Shown here: positions 11,626 to 22,849 of the stretch, piece by piece
Layout: each line of letters opens with the position of its first letter
Numbering within the stretch: position 1 is the stretch's first letter
Source of the DNA: Octopus sinensis
Lineage: Eukaryota
DNA length: 33,000 nucleotides
Assembly: GCF_006345805.1 (NCBI RefSeq)
Contig: NC_042997.1
Span: forward strand, 199,268,001 to 199,301,000
Reading direction: 5' to 3'
Program-made: the position numbers and the translations under genes
Notes under the pieces: generated by a model
Seen by the model: the letters and a program-made list of their open reading frames with translations, nothing else
What the model was told of the DNA's origin: nothing
Database searches by the model: none

Positions 11626-12130
11626 TCTAAAGCGGTATTAATCTGTTGATATTGTCAAAATGGGAAAGCCTTCCATCATTCCAGTGATATTATTCTTACT
11701 AATAACAATAAAAATAAACAAAATAACAGTAAGAATTAAGAATATGCAAATATTTAATAAACTTATGGCTCACAACAATCTATCCATATAAATTATTTAT
11801 CAGAATAGTCAATGTGTCTCGTATGTAATAGGTTTCCTTAGTTTGAGAGAAACAAAAACTACTTTTTATTCTAAGGCATAACTATTGTTGATAAATAACA
11901 GACTACCACAGAATCTAATGAACCAGTGTTCAATAATGTGACAGTCATCATCATCATCATCATTCAATGCCCATTTTCCATACTGGCATGGACTGGATGG
12001 TTTGACAGGAGCTGGTAAGGCCAAGAGCCACATAAGTTCCATTGTCTGTTTTAGTGTGGTTTCAATGGCCAGATGTCATTTCCTGACTCCATCTACTTTA
12101 CAGAGCATACTGGATGATTTTAAATGGCTC

Positions 12131-12208
12131 CAACACCAGTGTTTTCTACATGGCACCAACACCAGTGTTTTCTACATGGCACCAACACCAGTGTTTTCTA
12201 CATGGCAC
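12131..12208. repeat. 26-bp minisatellite x3 within a degenerate family E-like copy
   Basis: CAACACCAGTGTTTTCTACATGGCAC, three perfect copies. Confidence 0.95.
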
Positions 12209-12215
12209 CATTACC

Positions 12216-12444
12216 TATTTCTTTACTACACACAAGGGGCTAAACACAGAGAGGACAAACAAGGACAGACAAATGGATTAAGTTGATTATATCAACCCCA
12301 GTGCATAACTGGTACTTATTTAATCGACCCCGAAAGGATGAAAGGCAAAGTCAACTTTGGCGGTATTTGAACTCAGAACGTTGCAGCAGACGAAATAGCA
12401 CTAAGCATTTCGCCTGGCATGTTAACGTTTCTGCCAGCTCTACC
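12216..12444 (-). mobile_element. SINE family A
   Basis: Reverse complement of the 13566-13797 copy. Confidence 0.85.
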
Positions 12445-12834
12445 TATGCTTTTTATGTGGAACCATCACCGGTGCTTTTAATAGGGCATCATCAGAGTTG
12501 CTTTTCATGTGGCACCAGCACCACCAGAATAATCAATGTGTTGATAAATCCAGATACCATTTCAAAATGCAAATGAGAAATATGTGTAGTACACATCTCG
12601 AATTATTAAGTGTTTGCAAAAAATATCTCTCAGTGTTCTCTTTCTTTGAAGATACCATCAATTGAACAGATATTTGTTTTAGTAAAGTGCAGGTAGTGGT
12701 TCATTATCTGTAGGCACATATAAAGGGCCTTTTTGTATGAATTAATCAGAGGAGGGAGAGCAGAGTACACAGAATTTGCAGTCAGTTCTATGTTAGTGAG
12801 ATTGATGGAGTTCCTATTCAGTTTAAGCCATTAA

Positions 12835-13055
12835 CCCTTTCATTACCAACCCGGGGGAAACCGGCTCTGGCTCTGAGTACAAATGTCTTGTTTTCATAAG
12901 TTTTGAATTAAAATCTTCCACCAAACCTTAGTCACAATTTATGTTCCAAACACTAGCTTAATGATAGCTAAGTTATTTTACTAAATTCTTTGTTATATTT
13001 AAAATTAATTGAAAGAAACACAGAACATCTCAAAATAAATACAGTAATGAAAGGC
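12835..13055. mobile_element. piggyBac-type MITE, family P2
   Basis: TTAA|CCCTTTCATTAC ... GTAATGAAAGGC|TTAT. Confidence 0.8.
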
Positions 13056-13259
13056 TTATTTATTCATATTGTTTTGAATGAATCGTTATCACATAGTATC
13101 AAGATTTTCATAATGTGATATTGTGAGTTATGTGTGAGAGGCCAGATCTGGCAGATTTCAACATAGAACAGGAAGAATATTTGGGCTGGATACGGCCATG
13201 CTGAAGCATTAAACATATACAGATGAACATCTGTAGTGAAAAGAAGAGTAGGGAATCCC

Positions 13260-13860
13260 TGGAGTTTAAGGTTTTGAGAATGTCTGACAATGTAGGAAAT
13301 GACAAGAGGACGAAGAGAGATGAGTGGGCCTGGTAGGAGGAAGTTTACAACTAACTGGCTGAAAGGAGTGTAGGGCAGGGTAATAGAAACAGAAAGGGGT
13401 AGAAAGAAGAAATAATATGTTTATGAACCAAATGTTGTTGGGTGCATGTGAGTGAATGTTTGTCAATTGTTCGGCTTTCTTTTGGATCTGATCTAAGATG
13501 TATGTGGATGTAGCAAATAGCAACATCAGTTACTGAGAGATATGTGTGTGTAGTATTCCATTGTACAGCGAGATGGCAGAAATGTTAGCGTGCCCGGGGT
13601 GAAATGCTTAGCGGTATTTTGTCTGCCACTATGTTCTGAGTTCAAATTCCACCGAGGTTGACTTTGCCTTTCATCCTTTCGGGGTCGATTAAATAAGTAC
13701 CAGTTACGCACTGGGGTCAATATAATCGACTTAATTGCGTTTGTCTGTCCTCGTCTCTCCCCTCTGTGTGTAGCCCCTTGTGGGTAGTAAAGAAATAAGT
13801 ATTCCATTGTGGATCTTACCTGAGTTTTATTCAATATCAACAACTGATCAGGACTGAAAC
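13260..13860 (-). mobile_element. Old CR1-type LINE ORF2 3' remnant split by a SINE A insertion
   Basis: FSPDQLLILNKTQVRSTMEY | MEYYTHI ... ATSTYILDQIQKKAEQL; the SINE TSD duplicates the TMEY codons. Confidence 0.65.
13566..13797 (+). mobile_element. SINE family A with TSD
   Basis: 13-bp direct repeat AGTATTCCATTGT at 13552-13564 and 13798-13810. Confidence 0.9.
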
Positions 13861-14002
13861 GTGTGTGTGTGTGTGTGATTATTCTCATCATCATCATCAT
13901 CATACATCAGTCTTTCATGATGGCAAGGGTCAGATGGTTTGACAGGATCTAAAAAAAAAAAACAGGGCTGCATTGAGATCGAGTGTTTGTTTTAGCATTT
14001 AA

Positions 14003-14222
14003 CCCTTTATCATATAAATCGACCACAACCGGCCTAAATGTTTTACCTGTTATATGTTCAAACCAATCAGATCTGGCCTCTCACACCTGTCCTACATTGT
14101 CATTCTAAAAACAAACAAACACAACACTGAAATCCTGAAGCTATGAGATAATCCATGATTAATTCAAAACAATGAGAATAAATAAGCTTTACATTTGACA
14201 GAGTAATCTGGATGTTAAAAGG
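14003..14222. mobile_element. piggyBac-type MITE, family P1
   Basis: TTAA|CCCTTT left end, decayed right end (AAAAGG|CTAA); homologous to 11123-11342. Confidence 0.7.
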
Positions 14223-14418
14223 CTAAGAGAGTGATGCAAACTTCTTAACTACTGACCATGCCTGTAACTTACATATAGACATGCATGAATGTCTACATAT
14301 GCAAGTATATATATATAAATATATAAAATATTATTCGAGACAAAACCACTATTTTGCAAAACAAACAAGGAAAGACTTAATCAATACATAAAATTTTAAT
14401 AAATAGTCAAAAAAACCG

Positions 14419-14461
14419 CCACTACAATCGTTTCTTGTCTTGATCGACAATCTTCAGGTGG
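14419..14461 (-). ncRNA. Minimal type I hammerhead ribozyme (mirror copy, intact core)
   Basis: Exact reverse-complement copy of 14518-14560 in the left arm of the palindrome; predicted cleavage between 14423 and 14422. Confidence 0.85.
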
Positions 14462-14517
14462 ACTTCCAATTTACAAGTCAGTTTCAATAATTTGAAACTG
14501 ACTTGTAAATTGGAAGT

Positions 14518-14560
14518 CCACCTGAAGATTGTCGATCAAGACAAGAAACGATTGTAGTGG
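14518..14560 (+). ncRNA. Minimal type I hammerhead ribozyme (intact core)
   Basis: Stem I CCAC(14518-21)/GTGG(14557-60); core CTGAAGA 14522-28; stem II TTGTC/GACAA with loop GATCAA; GAAAC 14545-49; short stem III AC/GT around GATT; GTA triplet 14554-56, predicted cleavage after 14556. Confidence 0.85.
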
Positions 14561-14789
14561 CGGTTTTTTTGACTATTTATTAAAATTTTATGTATTGATT
14601 AAGTCTTTCCTTGTTTGTTTTGCAAAATAGTGGTTTTGTCTCGAATAATATTTTATAATATTTTACTATAAAATCGATTTAATCCTAAATCTGATTTTTT
14701 CCCTGTAAATTTGGATTTATTCCCTAATATTTATTATTTATATAAATATATATATATATATGCATACATATAACCAGCCCACTTATGTG

Positions 14790-15465
14790 TACCTTTTCAT
14801 TCTTTGGACACTAAACTCTGCTTGCAAAGACCTGTTGAGGCAAGTGAAATCAAAGTGAAATTCGATGACTGGCACCCATGCTATTGTGTTTACAAAGAGC
14901 ACCATAAGAGTGTGATCGTTGACAGAGCGGTTAACCGGCCTCTGTGCCAGTGGCACATAAAAGGCACCATTCGAGTGTGATCGCTACCAGCGTCGCCTTA
15001 CAAGCATTTGTGCCCTGTGCTAGTAGGGTGCTAAGAGCACCATCCGAGCATGATCGCTACCAGCGTCGCCTTACAAGCATTTGTGCCCTGTGCTAGTAGG
15101 GTGCTAAGAGCACCATCCAAGCATGATCGTTGCCAGAGCAGCCAACTGGCTTCCGTGCCGGTGGCATGTAAAAGGCACCATTCGAGAGAGATAGTTACCA
15201 GCATCGCCTTACTGCTGGTGGCATGTGTAAAAAGATTCGAGTGAGGTCGTTGCCAGTACCACCTGACTCTCCCCCGTGCCGGTGGCACCTAAAAGCACCC
15301 ACTACACCCTTGGAGTGGTTGGCATTAGGAAGGGCATCCAGCTGTAGAAACTCTGCCAGATCAAGATTGAAGCCTGGTGCAGCCATCTGGTTCGCCAGCC
15401 CTCAGTCAAAATTTTCCAACCCATGCTAGCATGGAAAGCGAACATTAAACGATGATGTTGATGAT
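14790..15465 (+). mobile_element. Family E, long copy with internal 73-bp tandem duplication
   Basis: 14978-15050 repeats at 15051-15123 with one mismatch; (GAT)n tail. The 5' limit is approximate. Confidence 0.8.
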
Positions 15466-15559
15466 ACTTATATATATTGTACAGAAGTAAAAGAAGAACA
15501 AGACTAGTAGTTCTGAAGCTATTTACAAGACTTGCAAAGGAAATATCTTACACTTTTAC

Positions 15560-15632
15560 CATTTATTGGTTTGACTACATCACTAAATGGCAATGCCTTC
15601 AATATGTTTCTCTTAAATACGTGCAAGTTGTT
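15560..15632 (-). CDS. Candidate internal exon (NNLHVFKRNILKALPFSDVVKPIN)
   Basis: TTTTATAG acceptor and G|GTAAAA donor (alternative GTAAGA 8 nt further on); only one frame open. Confidence 0.3.
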
Positions 15633-16494
15633 CTATAAAATCTATCCTGTTCCAATAACCAGCCACTTGATTGATTTTCTGTTCTGAACTGATTTTTCTC
15701 TCTTCTGTAGACAGTGAGTTAATTTGAAGAGCATCTGTAAACCTCTCTATTATATTCTATTAATATTATTTTGTTCTTGCTACAAGTCTATATATCAAAC
15801 CTTAGGTGCTAAGTGTTTTATCTATATTCTTTTTCAAAGCAAGACAACTCAATAATTGTTAGTGTCTTGTTACAATGTTTCATCTATTACCTCCAATTAT
15901 TCCATATTAAAATATAATATTCGAAATCTATGTTGATAAATTCTTATTACCAAAAATGAATTTCCAAACACTCTCTATTATTTTTGATTCCATTGTCTAG
16001 AAAACTGTTGAAAACTGAAGAAGAAGTAAATCTGTATAATACACAGGATATTTTGTATTTATTTAAATGCTTAATTATTATTTAAGATAATTGGCAGTTT
16101 TAATGTTTTCTGGATATTAATTAATAAGTGCTGCTTATTTTCTTCTAGCACCATCAAAATATTATCATTGCATAGATATATCCCACAATAATCCTCGTAG
16201 AGTATTATTAATGCCTCTATTTATAACTTTAAATCTAGCAATAACAATAGACAAATAATAATGCAGCTATGGATGTTGAATTGGCTGAGACGAGTGATAT
16301 AGTATAGATTGTAATATGCAGTGATTCCATTAGTTAGCAAAAGATTGGATCTTAATATCGCATTTAACTGAAATGGATTGAGGATGGCTGAACAGAGAGA
16401 TCTCTGTCGCTGAGAAAAATGGATACTAACTTAACAAATGAAAACCATGAAAACCTCCTTCATTTACAGCCACTTATAGACAATACATGTTTAA

Positions 16495-17190
16495 CCCTTT
16501 TGTTACTGTATTTATTTTGAGATGCTCTGTGTTTCTTTCAATTACTTTAAATATAACAAAGAATTTAATAAAATAACTTAGTTATCATTAAGCTAGTGTT
16601 AGGATCATAAATTGTGACCAAGGTTTGGTGGAAGATTTTAATTCAAAACTTATGAAAACAAGACATTTGTACTCAGAGCCAGAACCGGTTTCAGTCGGGT
16701 TGGCAATGAAAGGGTTAGATTAATCATTTGTTAACCCTTTTGTTACCATATCTATTTTGAGATGCTCTGTGTTTCTTTCAATTACTTTTAAACATAACAA
16801 AGAATTTAGTAAGCTAACTTAGTTATCATTAAGCTAGTGTCAGGAACATGAATTGTGACTAAGGTTTGGTGGAAGATTTTAATTCAAAACTTATGAAAAC
16901 AAGTGCTACAGAACCAGAACAGGTTTCAGCTGGGTTGGTATCAAAAGGGTTATATTAATCATTTGTTGACCCTTTTGTTACCATATCTATTTTGAGATGC
17001 TCTGTGTTTCTTTCAATTAATTTTAAATATAACAAAGAATTTAGTAAAATAACTTAGTTATCATTAAGCTAGTGTTAGGAACATGAATTGTGACTAAGGT
17101 TTGGTAAAAGATTTTAATTCAAAACTTATGAAAACAAGACATTTGTACTCAGAGCCAGAACCAGTTTCAGCCGGGTTGGTAATGAAAGGG
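16495..17190. mobile_element. Three tandem family P2 MITEs with identical 12-bp spacers
   Basis: Copies 16495-16714, 16735-16949 and 16970-17190; spacer ATTAATCATTTG at 16719-16730 and 16954-16965, each bounded by TTAA-like tetramers. Confidence 0.9.
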
Positions 17191-17929
17191 TTAAAGTAAC
17201 CCCATCATAATCCTACAACAATTTTCTAACCAGCCACTACTCGGTTCAAACACTAAACTAAAGTAATGTAAGCATGAATTCAACTGGCTTCATCCAGTTT
17301 CCTATTTATCCCATATTCTTCCTTATATGGTTGTAATTACAGGATATAACTGGTGAGAGAGGAGAGTTTGAAGAGTGGGATTTAAGGGAAGATAGATTTA
17401 AATTGCATTCTATGGGCACCCCAAAGTCAAGTGTTGAAATACCAACTGAGAAGTCTTTGCTTTGCAAGTTACTTGGTGACTCCACCGGTGCTGGTGCCAC
17501 ACAAAAAACATCTGTGCTAGTGCTGGGTAAAAAAGCACCTGTGAAGAAGAATCCTCCAAGGGGAGGTGGTTTTATGCCAAGGAGGTGTTGGGAGATTATT
17601 GTATGATAGACGCACAGGTACAGGTGTATTGCTAAAGAAGAAAACATGACTTCCTTACATTATATAGGAATGAGTGGGAGTAGCTGGAAAGAAGATAGAG
17701 ATATTGAGAAGGTGCCAAAACATATTGTCAAGGTATAAGACTATGAGAATAACAGAGAATATGGACTGAAGATGGGTAGGTATTATAAAAGTGTGAGAGG
17801 GGAATGACAGAGAGTTAAGGATGTGGGTAGAGGTTAAGTCTGAGGAAATGCATACCAAAACCTGAATTAGACAATGTTGAATCTTCTTGGATATTTTTTT
17901 TTTTGGTAAGTAAAAAACATTTATTTCAT

Positions 17930-18416
17930 TGTGCCATGTTAAAAGCACCCAGTACACTCTGTAAAGTGGTCAGTGTTAGGAAGTGTATCCAGCCATAGAA
18001 ACCATGCCAAAACAGACAGTTTGGTACAGTCTTCTGATTTGCCAGCTATTGTCAAACTGTCCAACCCATGCCAGCATGGAAGACAGACATTAAATGACAA
18101 TAGTAGAGTATAAAGAGCACCATCCGAGCGTGATCTTTGCCAGAGCGGCTATCTGGCCTCCGTGCTGGCGGCACGTAAAAGACACCATTCGAGCGTGATC
18201 ATTACCAGCATCGCTGCCTTACTGGCACCTGTGCTGGTGGCATGTGTAAAAGCACCTGCTACACTCTCAGTGTGGTTGGTGTTAGGAAGGACATCCAGCT
18301 GTAGAAACTCTACCAGATCAAGATTGAAGCCTGGTGCAGCCATCTGGTTTGCCAGCCCTCAGTCAAAATCGTCCAACCCATGGAAAGTGGATGTTAAACG
18401 ATGATGATGATGATGA
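17930..18416 (+). mobile_element. Two adjacent family E copies (older about 17930-18098; younger about 18110-18416)
   Basis: Two CCAACCCATG...GTTAAA/ATTAAA tails; modules present in the second copy. Confidence 0.75.
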
Positions 18417-20524
18417 CTGTCCATATTCTTGGAAAATTTTGGCTTTTTCACAAGTCCCATCAAGACTCCTGTAATTCAAATGATTATTTCAGTCCCAGGC
18501 TGGTTTTTAATTACATCTTCTGAATGCTTTGGAGAAATCTAAAATTATTGAAACTTTGCTTTGCCTGATATAATATTTATACTAATTTATTAATGGGTTG
18601 GGCTGTGTTCACATAACATCCCTTTTCCCAAGTTGTATAAGCTGTTTCTTAAGAGGTTGTATGGGGACTTGTGATTCAGTGAATGTTATGCTCAGATAAG
18701 TTTGAAACAATAAATCAAATTATATAAATCTGTAAATCTTAGCTTTATGTGTCTTGCTTTGCTTCTTTGAAGATTCCTTATGCAAAAATCATGGTTTATT
18801 GATAACAAGATTGGATATAGTTATGAACAGAAAGCATATATTGTCAAGGTAAATATTGTATATTCCCCTGCCAATAAAACCTGTGAAAAAGAAGGTAAAA
18901 ATGTAATTATTTAAAAAAATCTTTTAATCTGATATATTCATTTAAATAAAACATATTCGTTTAATAAGCTGGAAGAGAATATGATTTTCTCAAGCGAAAT
19001 TTGATAAATTAAGTTTTTATTTTTTATTTTTGCACTTAAAGTAATTTTTAAAAGTAGAAAAATAAATATTAAATGGTTTAATCTGAAATTCATTTTAGTT
19101 TCATTTCAGAGCAACAGATGGAGATATTATGGTAGTAACCTATTTTCCTATCATCATAAGAAATCTGTTTTTCTCACTACCTGATCGATAGCATTTGTTT
19201 ATTTGAACCCCCCACCACCACCGCCGCCATCGTCTTTTTGTATGTCTTTTGACATGAGTGTTAGTGTGCACATTGACGTGTGTATGTGTACACACATCTT
19301 AGAATGTGTTTCAGGACATTTCCCCCACTTATTGGGTATGCTTATCATACAATAGAAAATAACTGATTTCAAAAACTTTTAAATATATGAATTACTTTCC
19401 ATTATCTGAGTCAGCTTTTGACTAATAAATGCTCAGCTGTTTCACTTCTATATTGCTATCAACCAACATATGAATAGAATATTTTTGTACTTCAACAAAA
19501 AAAAACGTTTTATATCGAATAGATTATTAGCTCTTGATTTGCTGGTTCATTCATAAATATGAGAGAAGTTTTAAGAGGCAAATAAATTCACTTAAAATGT
19601 GTGCAATTCATTGATTGATCTCACTGCAAACTTGCATCTCTCTCTCTTCTTTTTTTCTCATTTATCTTTGTTTGGTAAATTGAAGATAACGACAGCATTC
19701 ATGACTAAAATGGAAGCTTTGATACCATATCAGAATAAAATTAATAGTTGTATGCAATTTTCAGGAGTTTAGTAAATATTTCCAGGACAAATGTTTAGTC
19801 TTTATCTAGAAAACAAAAAAAAAAAAAACTTGGAAGGAAATTGGCGTAAATGTTTATAGTTTAAGGCCTAAATCGTTAAAAATGTACATTTTTTTAAAAA
19901 TCAAATACTACCATTATTTTCATGTGATTATCAATTACCACAGTGTTTTCAGTAGCCAAAAGGGAATTAAAAGCTATGTTTATAAAAACTGGAAGAAAGT
20001 CTAATCTACTCTTAAAAACAGTACCAATTTAGTTATAAGCACAATTTAATTAACTATACTTTCTCCCAAAAATGTGCTATCTTGTGTCTATACTAGAAGT
20101 CAATATTTATTCTTGAGAAACTTAAATTTTATTATTCATAAGGTCATTTATATCACTACAGTAATTCCACAAGTATTATATGTATATATTTAAGTTTATA
20201 AATCAGTTAGTTATCTAAATGTTTACATAGTGGAAACAAAAATAATAAAATCTCTTAATCCTCGAATTTTTTATGGAAAATTTTATTTCTTTTTCAATTA
20301 GTATATTTTTATTCACTGCATTTATTATTTTTTTTATTGCTCAGAAAAAATATAATGATTGTTCTTAGATCTAATTTGAGAAATAAATTGTCTAAATCAA
20401 TGGCTTTCTACTCCTTGGTGGGAGTCCATTATAAAATCTGTGCGCAATACATTGGTTTTAATTCTACAATGCAGAATATTTTAACAATTTTTTAAAATTA
20501 CAATTCCTTATAATATTTAAGAAT

Positions 20525-20687
20525 AGGAGTAGCTGTGTGGTAAGTAACTTGCTAACCAACCACATGGTTCTGGGTTCAGTCCCACTTCATGGCACTTTGG
20601 GCAAGTGTCTTCTCCTTTTAGCCTCGGGCTGACCAAAACCTTGTGAGTGGATTTGGTAGACGGAAACTGAAAGAAGCCTGTCGTATG

Positions 20688-20746
<59 letters not shown>

Positions 20747-20960
20747 GTGCGTATATATGTTTGTGTGTATGTGTTTGTCGCCCCAACGTCACTTGACATT
20801 GATGCTGGTGTGTTTATATCCCTGTAACTTAGCAGTTCGGCATAAGAGCCTGATAGAATAAGTACTAGGCTTACAAAAAATAAGTCTTCGAGTTGATTTG
20901 CTCAACTAAAGGCAGTGCTCCAGCATGGCTGCAGTCAAAAATGACTGAAAAGAATAAAAA
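20525..20960 (+). mobile_element. SINE family B
   Basis: Collinear with 6731-7166, including the internal microsatellite. Confidence 0.85.
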
Positions 20961-21799
20961 GGAAAAAAAATATATATATTAGTCAATGCAAGCACACAAA
21001 ATAAAGAGAGGGTGAATACAATTCAATTCTTTTCTTGCTATTTGCAGTGACAAGGTGTATACACTTGAATTTGACTCACAGAATATAAAGTTAGATAAAA
21101 TAAATACCAAAACACAAACACAGAAGAAGCCAAAAAAGTGGCAAATAAAATCATTTAAAAAAATATATATGTATACATACATATGTCTACAAAGGTCACA
21201 GTGACTTTCTATGTAATCATTTGTAAAGCATAGAGAGTTGAGTAAAGTGGATTCTTGTGAAAGAATGAAATCTCAGTACTGAAGTCAAAGATGCACAAAG
21301 CACAAAGTTTCTCAATGCATCACTGATTTCAACTAATAATGGTCTGCTCTGCTTTCGATCCAATGGAATTCTCCAGTCTAAGACTTTATAGTTCCAAAAC
21401 TACTTTAATGGAAAGATTATATTGGGAAGTCAAACTATACTCACAAAAGTCTCTTAGCTATCATTTTTCTTTTTCAGCTGTGTACACATTCATTATATGT
21501 GTGCATGTATCCTCCACCACCTCCTCCTCCTCCTCATCGTTTAACATCCATTTTCCATGGTGGCATGAGTTGGAATGTATGCATGTGTGTGTGAATGTGC
21601 GTGCAGTGGAATATACGTAATCATCATTGACTGTCCATATTCCATCCCAGCATGAGTTGGACAGTTTAACACGAGCTAATGAGGCCAAGGATTGCATCAT
21701 CCCTCAGTGTCTGCTTTGGCATGGTATCTACAGTCGGATCCCCTTCCTACTACCTATATCTACATATGTACATATCTATATCTATCTATCTATCTATCT

Positions 21800-22020
21800 A
21801 TCTGTGACAGCATGTGTATCATTGGCGATTTTCTTTCTCCGTCTTCCCTTGCTTGGATCTTTCCTTTTCCTAAGTTTCTGATGAAGAGCTCCGCCCAAAA
21901 CGTTAAATACTTCTTCTTTCTTTCCTTTCCTGAGCGTCCAATAACACTATACTTGTTCCACGTCCTCGCATTGTTGTGTTTTCTCTTTGTTCATCTTTGG
22001 ATTAACTATATTTATATATT
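21800..22020 (+). mobile_element. PLE-like terminus with a degenerate hammerhead
   Basis: GTTT-CTGATGA-A-GAGC-TCC-GCCC-AAAAC-GTT-AAAT at 21874-21908. The core GAAA has become AAAA and stem II has a mismatch. Flanked by (TATC)n and (TA)n. Confidence 0.6.
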
Positions 22021-22849
22021 AATGTATATATATATATATAGTTTTATGATGAGCAACTGGTAAAATCCTGTATGGACCAGCATTCATTATATTTGGAAAT
22101 TTTATGTTGATGTTTAGCTCCAAATCAACCTTGACTGAGCAGATCTCTCATCCTTCCAGTTATGACCACACCATTATGTACCATGTCTACCTTATCAAAT
22201 ATGCGTCACTCTTATTTTTTTTGAGATACTGGAGAATTATTTGGGTGTGATTTGGCCGTTATTTTTTTAGCTCTTAAATAATATGTTTATACATATACTA
22301 CAACTTCTTGTGTGACTGAACAAAATTCTGATCAGTCCGACCACGACCATCAAACCTTCTGCAAGAACATATACAATTACCTTATCTAATAAGTATCCTT
22401 TGTCATTTTTAAGACACCAAAGTGTGATTTGGGGGAGATTTGGAGGCTATTTCTCAGCATTTACTGGACTAGAATACAAACCAAGGGTTAACTTTTTTTT
22501 TAAACAAGTCTTTTTAGATCTATTATAGACATCTCAAGTGAATTAAGCATTTTGCATTAGCTTCCATTGCATTGGCTGGACATTAAACTACTTCAGCTAA
22601 TTAGGTTTTGATCAAGCTTTGCTCTGTTTGATCATTTCTAGTATTGAATGATGGACACCAACTTTTGCCACAAAATATGTCTTGTTAACTTAATTTGGTT
22701 TTAGTTTCTCATGGGATTGATGTTTAATAGATTTGATATCCCTGTGTAGGTCAATAATGTGTAGTGGTGGATCATATCTTCAGTTTTTTTTACAATGCCT
22801 TTTTTTTTTACCCCCTCTCAATAATATCTATATTTCTTGTCTGGAAAAG

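Larger units (their letters stand above)
14322..14745. mobile_element. Penelope-like element terminus with an inverted, truncated copy (fold-back), inserted in (TA)n
   Basis: 14322-14487 is the exact reverse complement of 14492-14657 (checked base by base; loop TAAT at 14488-14491). The right arm continues unpaired for about 90 bp to a (TA)n tract. Each arm carries a hammerhead motif typical of PLE terminal repeats. Confidence 0.8.

Noticed and set aside
16495-17190. CRISPR-like array
   Set aside because: Eukaryotic DNA; the long units are MITEs and the spacers are identical, the opposite of CRISPR organisation.
17343-17606. Plus-strand open frame DITGERGEFEEWD...SLLCKLLGDSTG as an exon (briefly resembled SPIDR/OB-fold)
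   Set aside because: Its 3' half is a GGTGCTGGTGCCAC...AAAAAAGCACC repeat module; the resemblance is too weak.
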